Assembly: GCA_020137815.1 (NCBI GenBank)
Contig: CM035350.1
Location: 2,604,001 to 2,668,000 of the forward strand
Source of the DNA: Hormiphora californensis
Lineage: Eukaryota > Animalia > Ctenophora
Length of the DNA: 64,000 bases
Reading direction: 5' to 3'
This document shows, in pieces, positions 14,853 to 27,142 of this stretch. The notes under the pieces were generated by a model. The model was not told where the DNA came from. It saw nothing but the letters and a program-made list of their open reading frames with translations, and did not search any database. Every line of letters starts with the position of its first letter. The stretch's first letter is position 1. Made by a program: the position numbers and the translations under genes.

Positions 14853-15384
14853 TGACTCCTATATTTACTATTTCAACCCTTACTTTCAGAACAGTTCTCA
14901 GCAAGCTCTGTCATATCATGGAGCAGTAGTATGTGTTAAGGAGGTGATGACAAGCTCTCTCTCTCTCTCGCATGCAGACACCTCCCCGCTGGGCGAGTGC
15001 AGGTACGTGTCTCACGTGTGGTACAGTGATACAGAGTAGCACACCACCCCATACCATGCACTAGATGAATGATAGCTGCCATGGGTGATGTATTTTAGAG
15101 AGAACCTAGGGTCGAAGATCATAGCCACGGTGATGAAGTTTGAAAACAAGGTCTACCCATTAGTCTATCGAGTGTATTACAGAGCTGGGGGGGGGGGGCT
15201 ATTATATGATCCCATATATTGGGAGAGAGGGGATATGATGGCATGTACCTCACTGAATGCTGTGCAGCGACACTGTACCAGTCTAGTAGCTCACATAGGT
15301 ACAATAGGTGTCTCTGACAACTGACAGCAGGCTATACTATAGAAGGCCATGTCTACTAGCTGTAGTCGTGTTATACGGAGTGAG

Positions 15385-15489
15385 CAGGAACCGACACAAG
15401 TAAACAACCAATCAGAACTCGTTATTTAGGCCACGTGACTGGTTATCAGCCAATCAGGGACCAGTATTTCCTGATTCGGTCGGTTCCTG
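15385..15489 (+). mobile_element. ~108-bp MITE (CAGGAACCGAC...GTCGGTTCCTG), copy 1
   Basis: Terminal inverted repeats; near-identical to the copies at 18811, 45593 and 54550. Confidence 0.85.
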
Positions 15490-16346
15490 CACAAGAGCTA
15501 GAGCTTTTTTTATAGAAGTCTAGAAGTTTGTAGCTGGCAGTTCGCGTTGGAGTAGGCGATAAAAGGGATGTTTGTGATATTGGGTGAACGATAACAAGTG
15601 GATTGAAATTCACAAATTTTCATCTGTTTTGTATTCCTAATTCCACGACATCTCGACTTAGTGGGAACTTCTTTCTAGTTCATATCTAATTATTTCATTA
15701 CTTTGTCTCAACTTCTTCGTCTCTTTCTAAGTTCCATTCCTCTCCCTCTCTCTCTCTCTCCATCCCTCAACTCTCTCTCTCCATCCCTCAACTCTCTCTC
15801 CATCCCTCAACTCTCTCCCTCAACTCTCTCTCTCCATCCCTCAACTCTCTCTCTCTCCATCCCTCTCCCTCACGTTAATCTGTAGCACTAGAGGACAGTG
15901 TAGTAGCATTATATGTAGCGATAACACGTCCAGTAACAAGCCGATAATTTAGGCTGGAGAGAGGTGTGGGAGGGGGAAACAACACCAGGCAGGTCCCAAG
16001 TTCGCAACATGAGGCTCCACCTGATCAGTGGTCACGTGACTCACCCACGTGACACCCTCCTCATCACACTAGGGAGACAGGGGGAGGGATAGCTTCCTAT
16101 CTCACTTCACAAGACACACAGTGTGTCAAGGGGGGACAAAGGACACCACATGGACAATGGGTGTTGTTCAGGAGCTGTCAAGTTTTTCAAGATCGTGTCC
16201 TCCTTCTCTGAGACACGTCGATCTTGAGAACTATATAGCAGGGGGGGGGGGGGGAGCCGCCATAGTGTTTCAATACAAAGAGTTAATGGATCTGCAGACG
16301 CACACATGCGCTCACTCTCTTCTTCCTTGTCTCGATCGGAGGATGG

Positions 16347-16422
<76 letters not shown>

Positions 16423-17112
16423 AGACATTATATAATTGAGTGAGGACCACGTCTAACAAATGTCCTGGGAACTGCAGGGCGTGTTAATGAAACTGCAATT
16501 AATCCCCATTACTCAATTTATCGAGAGAGAGAGAGAGAAAGAGGGCGAGAAAGTGCACAACATTGTAGAGCCCTCGAGCATTTCCATCAACAATTGCCCT
16601 CCTGCAATAGCTAAGCATATTCTCTTTGGTCAATGCCGCGATCAAAGACAATTGCACCTTTGATGTTTCATCAGTTAAAAAAAATAAGGAAGACTGATCT
16701 CCCAGCGCCTAACTGACAACTACCAAAGCCCGAAACGTGCGAGAATGGTGTCACCTTAAGATATTTCTATCACCTTTCCTCTTCTCTCGATCTCTATCCT
16801 TCTCTGTCCTATATAATAATACTTCTCTCATCATCATTGTTCTCCCACCCTTTATATGACAGTTGTTTTCTTCTCATTTCAAGCTACTATCTCGAGAGAT
16901 CTTGACTGTGTGATGAGTTGCGAAGCTGGGGGTATAGTTCTCGATACACTAGGAGAGCACGTGATGTACGGAGGTACAAACTACTACTACAGTTCCCTTT
17001 CTTCACCCCTCTACCAATATTCCGTTGACACCTTATATTGACATTCGGAATTAGCAATAGAACTGTTGTTGACACAGTGAATCAGTTGCCAGGAGAGAGA
17101 GACAGAAAGAGG

Positions 17113-17210
<98 letters not shown>

Positions 17211-18194
17211 AGATAGAACTTGATGGGTGTAGCTCCCTAATATAGAGCCACATTCTCTCACGTGGCCATGGGTCCTGAGCTGCTGCCTGGGTGGGTGGGA
17301 TATGATGGCAGGGTGGGTGGTGGTGGATCTGCATATGGCTGCGCAGCAGTTGATGTCATCTTCTCTCACACACAACGACCTCCCGGTGTGGGCCAGTGAT
17401 TAAGGGGGATCATGATATATAGGCCGGGGGGATACCGTACAATGCACAATTAACTAATTACAACTAGTCTGTTCTATATCAATGATCATTTACAATTCTC
17501 TCTCTCTCCCTCCTACTCATTGGTCCCACGATACTATCTCTATTGTGATTAGGTTTCAGAGCTCCTCCCCCCAGCTCTGAGACACACACACAGCTCACAT
17601 GGCCCGGTGCGAGGGATAGACGAAGGACAGACAGTTACCCCCCGAACCGAAGAGATCTCCCTCTGTTTTAACTGGGGGAGGGGGAGATATTGAGACCCCG
17701 CCCATTTAAAATAGATTAATTAACGTTAGCGACTGTTTGTATTAAATTTACACCACTATATCAGATGATATCTATATCTAGGTGGGCTGGGCATTCCCAC
17801 CACATCCCAGCCTGTGTTCGAGCTGGGGGGCTCATGACTCTAGGATCCTCTACTGAGCTGCTGCGCTCAGGGTCACAGTTGCACGTGCAGAGTGGACAGA
17901 CGGAGTGGCATGCGTGCTGTGCGCTGCACGAGATAGAGAGAGAGAGGGCAGTAGTCTGCAGCAGTGATGCGACTCTAATGAACTACTTAGATCTGGTCGT
18001 TATGTTTAGAATCGTGACGTCAGTCATGAGTATTCAAATATAAGCGATCATCCATCCCCAAGACACTAAAAGTGCAGTACCCCCCCCCCCCCACAATTTA
18101 CCCAACGTTAAATCCCCGCCTAAAATGCTAGGGTAGTCTATACCTACTCCTTACCCAACAATGTCTAAACACATACTGAGTATAAATAACCTAC

Positions 18195-20337
18195 CTTTAG
18201 GGAGATTGAGGTAGGTAAGTTGAGGGTGGTAGTCGAGGAGGTTGGTGATCCGTTGGAGGTAACAGCAGCAGGGGGAGGTACCACAGTTGCCATGGAGACA
18301 GGTGGGGGTGGTGGGGCACTCATTGCTTGGGACACCACCGGTACTGCTGGTGGTGGTGGGGAGTGGTTCACAGCTCCTCCTCCCACGGTGGTGGGTGGAG
18401 TGCTCCGTTTGGTGGTGTTTTGCCTTCGGATAGTCAGGAGATATTCTATAGTTCTTATCTCCTCGTTCTGACAGGCTATCAGTGCCGCCTGAAGAGGGGA
18501 GATGTTGGGTTTCTTGATACAGACACACACAACAAATCATCAGAGATACGGGAGTGTTTGCAGATATATGGCGACACTTTTAGAGGAGAGACATTGATTG
18601 TAGACAGAGACAGAGGCATGGATGCAGTAGACAGAGAGGGGGTTATCTTGACACTTGATGGTGCTGCACTTAATGTTGACAACAATTGTGGTCAATTCTA
18701 GTGGTTGTTGACATGAAATGAAGAATTAAATGTGTTCAACTTGTTAAAAGTGTGATGGGTAACCCAATTGGATAATCCCCTCCAACAACCACAAGATTAC
18801 CTCCCCCCTCCTGGAACCGACCGAATCAGAAAATACTGATCCCTGATTGGCTGATAACCAGTCACGTGACCTAAATAACGAGTTCTGATTGGTTTTATAC
18901 TTGTGTCGGTCGGTTCCCTCCAACATTCACAAGATTACCCCCCCCTCCTGATGATGTGAACCTGCCTAAACGGCCCCCCAATTGTGAGCTAGTCTTTCAG
19001 CAGGGCGGCTATTGTTGCAAGACCTCCCTCCCCATTGAATACTAGCTCACAGTCTATTGTTAGATCTATAGCGGGAGAGACCGGGCTTAGAACGGGACGA
19101 GAGACAAGAGAATGGGGCAAGATGAAGGAAGACAAAGGCTACTGAGTAGCTTTAGCTACTTTGTCTACTTTATGGTAATGATATGATACTGATGCAGAAA
19201 GGGAGCCTACAAATCCGTAAACGACCCTTTGGGGCCGGTAACTTGAGTTAAACCTCCCTCACCCTTCTCCCAGCTAACTACCCTCTTGCTCAAGTCCCCC
19301 GCCATGACTTCACATCTCATCTAACATGACATGAGGTAGTCTGAAAAAATGAGAAAGAAGAAAACACGACAAAAACATGACACCAACAAGACAACAACAA
19401 CAAGACAACAACAACAAGACAATAAGACAACAAGACAAGCATACCTGTATGTTCTCAGCAGCGTGTTCCGGAAAGAGGGCCATGAGTAGCTCTAAAGGGG
19501 ATCTCTTCCTGGATTCAGGAGACCTCACTGGCTCACTTAGATCCACTTCCTGTTTAATCGGAGTTGCTGTGGCGGTGGGGCTCCTCCTCTCCTCTCCACC
19601 AGACATATTCTGTTCTGTCATACTGACCTCTACTGATGCCATCGCTCTGACTTGTCTGCAATATATGGAAGATATTGGTTACTGGTTGTGTTATTTAACA
19701 AGGTTATGACAGGGTTGTTGTGGAAGGTTGGACAATGGAGCTAATTGGTTGCTGAGGAAGCTGCCATTTCGTGAACTGGGGTAAGGGGGTTACTCTAAGA
19801 TCCTTGATTATGTGCAGGGTTGTTGTGCAGGGTTGTAGTGGAAGGGGCCATCTCGTGAACTAGGGGTTTGTTTGATTATGTATAGAGCTATGTTGTACCT
19901 TTGTCGCAGGGCCCGACTGTTGGCTTGGGTAAAGCCCCAGACTGAGCCCAAGGTGAAGCCTCATGGACTCCTCTTGTGCTTGCTGTCTTCTCAGGGCAAC
20001 TTGGGCTGCCATAACCTGTAGAGGAAGAGGAACACGTGTCAAAAGAATGGTTGTGTCATTCACGTTGACTGGTGTAAAAAGCGAAATGAGATCTCTTTTG
20101 GATTCCAAATTCTCAAGCTTTTCAGTGAAAACACACTCATACCTGTCTCCGTTGAATGATAAGACTGCACTTGCTGCACTCGCAGTCTCTCCAGGGGCAG
20201 TACCGTTTGTGGCCCTTGAGCAGTAGAGAAACACCATGGTTCCGGCACCGAGCACAGGTTGGAGCTCTAGAGGGCCGCTCTACTTCATTGGACCCTGCAG
20301 GGCCGCTGGCAAACGTATACGGGTGGGTACTGATCAT
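18195..20337 (-). CDS. DMRT: Doublesex/Mab-3-related transcription factor with DM and DMA domains (DMRTA-like)
   Basis: Exon 20143-20337: [42 protein letters not shown]. Exon 19899-20015: [16 protein letters not shown]. Exon ~19445-19657 [20 protein letters not shown] splices to ~18195-18488 [18 protein letters not shown] (DMA domain). The exon 2-3 phase is unresolved and the 3' end lies further left. Confidence 0.95.
18811..18918 (-). mobile_element. ~108-bp MITE, copy 2, in a DMRT intron
   Basis: Same family, reverse orientation, flanked by an imperfect ~35-bp direct repeat CCTCCAACA..CACAAGATTACC..CCCCTCCTG. Confidence 0.82.
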
Positions 20338-21545
20338 TATGTTGCTAGAATGAGAGAACGGGTTAGTACCCTGCGATCGTAGCTAGATTATGAGAGGTGA
20401 TTGAACGGGATAAAGGTACTATGTGCGAGTAGCTAGATTATGAGAGGTGGTTGAACGGGTTACAATTGAAGTGAGGGGCTGATTACGGTCTGCTAGAAAC
20501 ACAATTGTCCCATGAGGTGCCCCCCATAAAACATAACATGTCCCCATAGAACACATAAGATATTCAGCTGAGAGGTCTAAATGAACAATTTAGACAACGT
20601 TTCAAAGAATGAACTGGTGGGGTTCAAAAACAACAGTAGACTGACACTCAACAGACCAGCCCGCACTCCACTCTCGGGGTTACAAAGCCTACTATAGTGT
20701 TAGACTGAGAGTGCTGAGTAGGGTAACAAAATAACACGCCAATGCAGACTGTGTCAAAAGGATAATTATTAGACTCCGCCACGTACGCGGCTTGTCCTAG
20801 ACCTTTGGTAACTTAGTAGAAGGGGGAGAGATGCAAGGATTATGAGGGAGAGATACAGGGATTACACAGGGCGAGAGGAGAGGTATTTTGTTTAGTGAGA
20901 CAATGAAGTAAACTGAAACAACGGTTCTGAAAAATATATGACACTCTGGAGAGAGCTGAGAGAGACACCCGCATGATATGTGTCGCTAGGTTTGTTATCT
21001 CCTAACAAGTGGTGTCAGTACCCAATTAGGGGGTGGGAGCTCCGAGAGAGTGGGGGGATAGTGCAACCAAACAAATGCGCTGTATCTGCAGAACCAGGAG
21101 AGCTGAGAGACAGGAGAGAGATAGAGAGAGGGGTGCTCCCCATGCAATCTAGAGTGCGATTATTATAGCGGGGTGGGATCTGGTGCACAGTTATTATAGT
21201 ACTACACAACAAGAGCTAAGCTGTCATCAAGGTGCTGCACTGCACTAGAATAGATCACAGTCACACTACTACTGGCTGCAGTGGGAGACAAGTTGACACA
21301 CAATGTGTCACTAGAGGAATAGTGTGAACACAACAACTTGTTTACCAAAATAATAATACCTCCCCTCAATCTGTCTGAATATCTGACTGAATATCTGACT
21401 AAAGGCGACTATGCTGAGCACTTGTACCTGCAGAGCTGATGGGAGACCTGGCTGCTCGAGGCCTCTGCAAACACACACAGACACACGCACACACTGCAAT
21501 GCGGTCTGCGCACACGTGAGCCCGATTACTTCATTTTCAGCTGCT

Positions 21546-21631
<86 letters not shown>

Positions 21632-22315
21632 CCCTCTCTCTCTCTCTCTCTCTCTTTCAACAGACTATAGCAACAAAACAAACCCAAACCTACAAAAGAC
21701 CAAGCATAAAAAGACAGGCAAACAATGACCAAGATGTCACCACAATATAGACCACGATAGGACGATCAGCTGTTCAGAAGTTATACTGTCAGACGTATTG
21801 TTACATTATGGGATCACTAATATGTGTTACTGATATAGGGCTTCACACACATGTTACAACTCACATGTGGTGTAGTTCTGCAACCCGCAGCACCGTACGT
21901 GTGATACCCACGTGATCATGGGTCACTGCTGCTGCAATGGTAGTACCAGTGTGACGCGGAGCTGTTACTGAGGAAGTCATCGTTCCAAACTAGACACTGT
22001 CTATAACTAGACACTGTCTATAACTAGACACTGTCTAGTAGATAGCGATCAAACGGAGGTGATTCTAGTAAACTTGTTATGTTCTCAACAGGGTCCACCA
22101 AGGAAATAGTAATCCTGGTAAAACTGAGGGAGGGGGTCCTGCACTGCAGCAGCATGGGGGGATAGTTGAAATTGAAGCGCTGCAGGAGCTCTCAATCAAA
22201 TCGATTAATCACCGTTCACAACAAAATTTCAAACAGCGCTTGGCGTTCACTGTGTTCCCCTTGTAATCAAGAGATTAGTGAGAGATCCACAGGTCCTCCC
22301 CTCCTCTCTCTCTCT

Positions 22316-22389
<74 letters not shown>

Positions 22390-23436
22390 TCTCCCCCTCT
22401 CTCTATCTCTCTCTCTCTCTCTCTCTCACACTCTCTCTCTGTCCCTCAGGTGAAGTTCAGGGCCCTGGGAAAACTCTCAGGATGAAGTCTAGCAGTGCTG
22501 CTCTTATCAAACTATCTTCGAGATCACAAGAGGTCATCAAATGGACTATGGAGCAAGATCACAGCTGCAAGGTAAGAGATTGGTCTTTTTGAGCTTCTTT
22601 CAAAAGTGAACATATAATTCTCTCACGCCAATTGTTAATTACAAGAGTCGAATAGCAACCCTGCCCTCGGGACGATAGGGTTGAAATATCACAAGCAATA
22701 GACTGACTGACTTGACCGTTATAGGCAAGCTAAACTTTTATAATTAAGAAGAAACTAAATAATTATTTAAAAAAATAAGAAAAGAATCAAGGATGAGATT
22801 AGCAAGGGCGCCACCCAACTACCATAAAAAATAAGAGTAAAATATTATCGGGATCTGAGGATTTATCACTTTACAGAATAGTAACTGGAATAGTAACTGT
22901 GTGACAGTGTCGATACGTGAATATGATGATCAGTGGGCTAGGGGGCGCGGCGCGGACCGGTGAGTCTCGCGTGACAACTCACCTTCCACCCCTACTACTG
23001 GACACGTGGGATCTGCTCACCCCCCCCCCCCATTCTCTCTCTCTCTCACTCCCTCCCTTTTTCAACTCCCCAGCTCCCCGGCTGCATGATCTCTTTAACC
23101 CAGGCCATGCTACCACTACGATGGGTTGTGTTGCAGATGTAGCGCGTGACAAGCACTCCCAACGTCTCCTTCCAACCACGTGACTTTCATCTCCCTCTAT
23201 CTCTCTATCTCTCTATCTTCTCCGTCCCTTGTTCACACTGTTGACAGCTGTGACAATTGTTTTTACCTTCAACATTTGAACCTCTTCATAACCATATTAA
23301 AACTTTTCCTCTCCTCATCCTTCTCCTCCTTCACTTCTTCCTTCTGTCTTTACCCTCGCTATCTCATAAAATTGCAGCGGGCATCGTGTATTGCCCGACT
23401 CTGCCCCCTTTTTCTCCTACATTTGAGATAGGGGAA

Positions 23437-23536
23437 NNNNNNNNNNNNNNNNNNNNNNNNNNNNNNNNNNNNNNNNNNNNNNNNNNNNNNNNNNNNNNNN
23501 NNNNNNNNNNNNNNNNNNNNNNNNNNNNNNNNNNNN
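23437..23536. other. Assembly gap (100 N)
   Basis: Run of N. Confidence 0.99.
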
Positions 23537-23537
23537 T

Positions 23538-23855
23538 ATGTTTGTTATCTAAATGTGAGTGTGTTTTGCTTTCGGCTTGTTTGTCTGTGTTAATAAACCT
23601 GAGTTTATTCATTGTTTCACCGCTACAGTATTGTTAGACACTGCAGTCTGAGTTACTTTGTGTTGATCGGATTAGAATGCATTATTCCCGGAGGAAAAGA
23701 AAGGCTGATTATTCTGAAAGAGAATCTTCACACGGGTGTGGTTTGATCTGGTATGCCGCTTATACCAAGTTAGACAACAGCTGCTTTTGTCTGATAATCG
23801 TAATAGTCCGCAGCAAACCAATCAGATGCTCCAGAAGATATACTGATAATTTGAG
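23538..23855 (+). repeat. ~320-bp repeat of unknown family, copy 1
   Basis: Aligns directly to 25326-25661 with mostly substitution differences. Confidence 0.85.
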
Positions 23856-24111
23856 GTGAAAGTTGCACGTGGTCTAATGTAAAATTGTAAATCTATTGTG
23901 ACAAACATAATATATTTTAGTATGACTTCAGTTGTCATGTTTGGTACCAGTGATATATATATTGTCGTGATTTACAATTAACTGCTACAGCCCAACTATT
24001 CATTCCGAGAATTCTGATTCAGAGATAATATTTGCCGTACTGTTATTATATGAGGTAACTCCAACCCCCCCCCCCCCCCCCGTTTCATCAATTGTTTAAC
24101 ATGGGTGTTAA

Positions 24112-25001
24112 AGTGAGAGAGAACAGCCCCGATTTTGATGAAACTTGGTCAGAATAGTGTTTGGTGTCTAATTAGAAGTCAAAAAATTTTTAGTGTTCAA
24201 ATCTAAATTTAGGATTTTTTAGGTTTTTTAGGTTTTCTCGCTTTTATGGGTTTTTCAGGACGTTCTAGAACAAAATGAATAAAACCATCTTTCTCGGCGT
24301 TAAATTCTGCATCGATTATAGTGGTTATAAACCTTTCTATGACGTAAGGTTCAGAAGTTATCGCGAAAAAGCCCAAACGGGTACATGTGTTAGGGGCGGG
24401 TTCATGTTTTAGGCTAACCGGCGAACCTCTTGTCAGAACACCATGTTATAGGGTGTCAATCGACGCGTATTGATAAGGAGATCATTTTAGTGAAAATTAT
24501 TTTGATCTGCGATGTCTGTGTAACGAATGAAACCTAAAAAACCTTACCACATGTTTTAACCAAACGGGTATGCTTCATTCAGTAAGGTTTTTTAGGTTTT
24601 CATTAGTTACACAGACATCGCAGATCAAAATAATTTTCACTAAAATGATCTCCCTTATCAATACGCGTCGATTGACACCCTATAACATGGTGTTCTGACA
24701 AGAGGTTCGCCTAAAACATGAACCCGCCCCTAACACATGTACCCGTTTGGGCTTTCTGAACCTTACGTCATACTTAGAAAGGTTCATAACCACTATAATC
24801 GATGCAGAATTTAATGCCGAGAAAGATGGTTCTATTTATTTTGTTCTAGGACGTTCCTGAATCCCATAAAAGCCGAAAAACCTAAAAAACCTAAAAATCC
24901 TAAATTTAGGATCTGAGCACTAAATTTTTTTTGACTTCTAATTAGACACCAAACACTATTCTGACCAAGTTTAATCAAAATCGGGGCTGTTCTCTCTCAC
25001 T
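24112..25001. mobile_element. Palindromic non-autonomous DNA transposon with TTAA target duplication (Kolobok-like)
   Basis: TTAA|AGTGAGAGAGAACAGCCCCG...CGGGGCTGTTCTCTCTCACT|TTAA. Arms of ~430 bp fold about ~24565. AG...CT termini plus TTAA fit Kolobok better than piggyBac (CC...GG). Confidence 0.8.
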
Positions 25002-25325
25002 TTAACAAGGGGGGTGTTAACAAGGGGGTCAATCAGTTGTCCAAAATCACCCATTTATCCCCCTATCCCCCTAGTAAAGGCTTGGTCATGTGTGTGGGTG
25101 ATGTGTGTGGGTGATGTGTATCTATAACAGCAGTATAGCGCATATTATTACAATATTCATGTCTTTTAGATTGGCTTTGCCGGAAGAATGTGAGTCTCGT
25201 AGGATGAGAAAAGATTTGCATGAGGGAGATGAGTTATTACCACTTTGTTGTACTTTCTTGTGTATATATGTGGCATCAGCTGAACTGTCAGCTGATCCAC
25301 TATGCATGTTTGTCGGTAGTCATGC

Positions 25326-25661
25326 ATGTCTGTCATCTGAATGTGAGTTTGTTGTTGGCTTTCGGCTTGTTTGTCTATCGTGTTAATCACCTGAGTTTAT
25401 TCATCGTTTCACCGCTACAGTATTGTTAGACACTGCAGTCTGAGTTATTTTGTATTGATCGGATGAGAATGCATTGTTCCCAGAGGAGAAGAAAGGCTGA
25501 TTCCCGGCTGATTGTTCTTAAAGAGAAACTTCACACGAGTGTGGTTTGATCTGGTATGCCGCTTTCACCAAGTTATACAATAGCTGCTTTTGTCTGACAA
25601 TCGTATTAGTCCGCAGCTAGCCAATCAGATGCTCCAGATCAAGATCTACTGATAATTGGAG
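25326..25661 (+). repeat. ~320-bp repeat of unknown family, copy 2
   Basis: Direct match to 23538-23855. Confidence 0.85.
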
Positions 25662-27142
25662 ACAATGGTGACCTGCCTACACCCTGGATTGGATATGGAG
25701 CACGTGTGGAGGAGAAGACGTGTGTGGTTGGCTGCTACAAGAGGAGAGGACACTTGGCAGTTCCTGAGAGGCAGTTCCGCTGAGACAATACTATAGTTCA
25801 CGAGTTCTGTTGTGAGAGAAACTGTACTGAGGCAGTTCCAGAGAGAGAGACACTAGAGTGAGTTCGGCCCTGAGAGTTCTGATGTGACAGTTCCTGAGTT
25901 CTGTTTTGAGAGACACTGCGAGAGTTGAGCACTATTGAGAGAGTTGTGCTATGAGTTCCTGTGAGTGAGTTCTGCTAGGAATATAGTACAGTATATTGAG
26001 TCAGTTCCTGTGATCTGATCATAAGCCTGAGCTTTTTAAGTCCTGAGATCCAGCCTTAGTCCTAGCAACGTGGCTTACTAAGACGCTGGCGATAAATGAG
26101 TCCCGAGACTTTTGCATAGAGAGTACCCGCATCTGGGAGATGAGTTCGCTGCACTAGAATGAAGTATAGTGAGATATAGAATAATATAGTGTGGCCGCTT
26201 TTATGAGTATTTTTATTGTTTCGGTTTAGTTTTAGTTTTGTTTTCGGAATCGGTTGTATCCATTTTGTCTGTGTCTGAAACAGCAAATCCACCTTTTCTT
26301 GTGCGGTTGCTGATAGTCAGTCAGTATAAACAGAAATGACTAAGCAACACGCTCATTATATATGATTGCGTTAGGGGCACAATAGTTACAACCTTTTAAA
26401 ACCAACCCATTTCAATTAGTACAACTCTACCCATTTCAATTAGTACAACTCTACTCGGGTGTTCCCAGTATTTTCCAAGGGCTTCTATATCTCTTTCTCA
26501 CCATATAATTGGCGATGTCACTCAAGGGGAAACTAGGTATCGGATAGGGAATCTTTAGCCTCCAGTGCGCTCACTTCTACCACATAGGATAGGCGCACTG
26601 TCTACATAAGTGGGAGTCGGAAAGACAAAAATTTGAACTTTTTGAGACAAGGGGGCTAGCCTGAGAAAATGCTAAAAATGTTAAAAAAGGCCATCGACCA
26701 AACCAGGGAAGCGATGCCTTTTTAGGGCTGGACTAAAACCGCATATTTCGTGTAGGGCAAACGAGTTAGGTTCCTCGTGGTTCTACATTTGTTTCTCTCT
26801 CAGAGTGCTTGAGAGTTTTTTATTTAGGATAGGTTATTGTGATCTTATGATGGTGAGATCAGTGAGTTAGGAGGATACAAAGATTTAGGGGTGAATAGAT
26901 ATTATTTATTGTTACAATAGTTTATGAGAGATTTAGAAGATAATAATTTGGGTCAATGTTTTAGATGAGTAGGAATACAGGGGTTCAGTGGGGATTTACG
27001 ACGTGCGAGAGGAGAAGCTGGCCACGTCCAGCCTAAGGCTGGCGTGATCGGTGCTCTGGAGAAAGAGTGACCGAGAGCGAGAGAGGAGAGTTCTGTTTTT
27101 GAGGTGAGTAGAATATGTTGCTCGGAGATGGTGGGGAACTCA

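Noticed and set aside
16121-17375. ORFs with poly-(RE) or poly-(LS) tracts
   Set aside because: Translations of (AG)n microsatellites.
23838-23860. TAATTTGAG|GT resembling the end of a ctenophore spliced-leader exon
   Set aside because: Only a short match from memory; the second copy of this repeat reads TAATTGGAGAC and no SL RNA structure was evident.
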